DNA from: Selaginella moellendorffii
Taxonomy: Eukaryota; Plantae; Lycopodiophyta
Assembly: GCF_000143415.4 (NCBI RefSeq)
Contig: NW_003314389.1
Span: 208,892 to 272,891 of the forward strand
Direction: 5' to 3'
DNA length: 64,000 nt
Under the pieces are notes generated by a model. The model was not told the DNA's origin. It saw only the letters and a program-made list of their open reading frames with translations, and did not search any database. This document shows, piece by piece, positions 62,413 through 64,000 of this stretch. How positions within the stretch are numbered: the stretch's first letter is position 1; the number at the start of each line of letters is the position of its first letter. The translations under genes and the position numbers were made by a program.

Positions 62413-64000
62413 AAATTGTTATTACCATATGACTTGACTCAATACTTAATACTAGTTTATAGATGATAAGATATGATGAATTTTAATTTGGTATGATACT
62501 ACTTCAAGAGTGTTCTCCAGAACTTATTAGTGAATATCTTATCTTAATCTGAGATAATTTCTTTTGGCCTTCCCTAAATACAAACCATTTTTTCAAAGAA
62601 TAATGTTGCCATACCTTCCACATCAATTTCCATTGTGTTGGGTATTAAATATATCATTTTTGAAAATTGATCTACCACCATAAATATAGCATCAAACCCC
62701 TCACTTGAGAAGAGTTCCATAATAAAGTTCATTGTAGGACATTTCCATAGACAATCAAGCCCCCACTTGCATTAGTCATGGCCTTTACTTGCTGACATGT
62801 TGAGCATATATTTATATAGTCCTATACATCCTATCTCAAAGTCATTTGTTTTTACTTCAAAATCTTTATTAAAGTCTAGTAAAACTAATATGAAAGCCTT
62901 CTTCAACCTTCCTTTCAAGTGGATAAATGTTGTTTTGTATCCTGTTATCCATACTATCTTCCCTTTCCCATTTTACATTAAGGGGTGAGCAACTCTGAAT
63001 TTTATAGCCTTAGGAATGCCCTTAATGCATATATATTTGATGGTTACACCCATTTCTAGATTGTTTGTACTTTCTCAGAGTCCATTTTGAGCCTGTGCTT
63101 TACCCATTACATACCTAACAAATTTTACCTTTTGTTGAGGAAAGTGATATTTGCTCTCTTTAGTGTACAACTTGTGTTCTTTTAGTTTCTCAAACACTTT
63201 TGTCAAATGCTCCTCTAGGGTCTTGCTATAAATTAGGATATCATCAATATAGATGACTAAAAAATGATTTATATAGGGTATAAAGATAAAGTTCATAAGT
63301 GCTAATAATATTGCCGACACTTTATATAGCTTAAAGAGTATCACTATAGACTCAAAGCTTTCATACCTTATTTGACACGTTATCTTTTCAACATCTTCCT
63401 ATACTACCTTGATCTAGTACTATCATCATGACCTTAGGTCAATTTAAGAGAAGTATCTTAGTTTTCCTAACTTATCAAATAGATCCTCAATCCTTCATAA
63501 AGGGTACTTATTTGTTTTTGTATACTTGTTGAGCAACCAATAGTCTATGCACATACCTATAGACCCATCATTATTTTTCACAAATAACATTAAGCTTTAT
63601 ATGATGAATTGCTCAATGTAATATACCTTTTATCAACCAACTCCTTAAGTTAACATTTAAGTTCTTTGAGCTCTTTTTCATTCAAGTGATAAAGGGTATG
63701 AACCATTACTTTAGCACCCTCAACCAACATAATCTTATGTTCTATCAATCAAGCAGAGGTAATCCCACCAGCAAGTCATTTCAAAATTAGTCCAACATCT
63801 ATTGAATCATGAAAGGCACTTCTTTTGTTTCCATTTTTTATCGCTTCTCATAAAGAGTAAACATAAAAATGCCACTTTAATTCTTTTAGTGAATTGTCTT
63901 CTTGTGGATACTAGATTTAAGCAAAAGTGTTTGGACTTACTTTGCCTTATCTTTAGATCCTTGGTCTTCCAACTTAGATAATTCTCCAAGGGCATTTACT
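62413..64000 (-). mobile_element. Old decayed copy of family E retaining the RT core and the first integrase intron
   Basis: DLKIRQSKSKHFCLNLVSTRRQFTK matches E DLKVGQSKAKDSCLNLVSTRGQLTK. RT YIDDILIYSKT; the integrase piece is collinear with about 20040-20431. Confidence 0.85.

Overview
Eukaryotic land-plant DNA. The 43-55 bp introns, the axonemal dynein gene and an ALDH21 fragment suggest a flagellate-sperm plant such as a Selaginella-like lycophyte (inference). Intact host genes are a multi-exon gene with repeated C(T/S)F(K/R)P motifs (5751-8768), a coiled-coil tail-anchored ORF (51610-52437), cytosolic pyruvate kinase (52670-54299) and WDR63/DNAI3 (56606-59782). Most of 12-45.5 kb and 60-64 kb is a nested stack of Ty3/Gypsy-type LTR elements, many with readable 5-bp target-site duplications (TSDs); I label the families A, C, E, F and G. 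AT-rich stretches carry scrambled host-gene fragments, and a Helitron-like 3' end lies at 48058. The most striking observation is family E, a young chromodomain Gypsy element (15837-22850) whose integrase is split by short, host-like spliceosomal introns. One intron recurs at the same site in an older copy at 62.4 kb, so it appears to survive retrotransposition. A Cassandra-like TRIM carrying 5S rRNA sequence, and a long non-coding family F, share termini, PBS and PPT signals with E. F also shares a tRNA-like four-hairpin RNA element with E. This suggests a helper-and-parasites retroelement system. Everything was read by eye; no searches were run.
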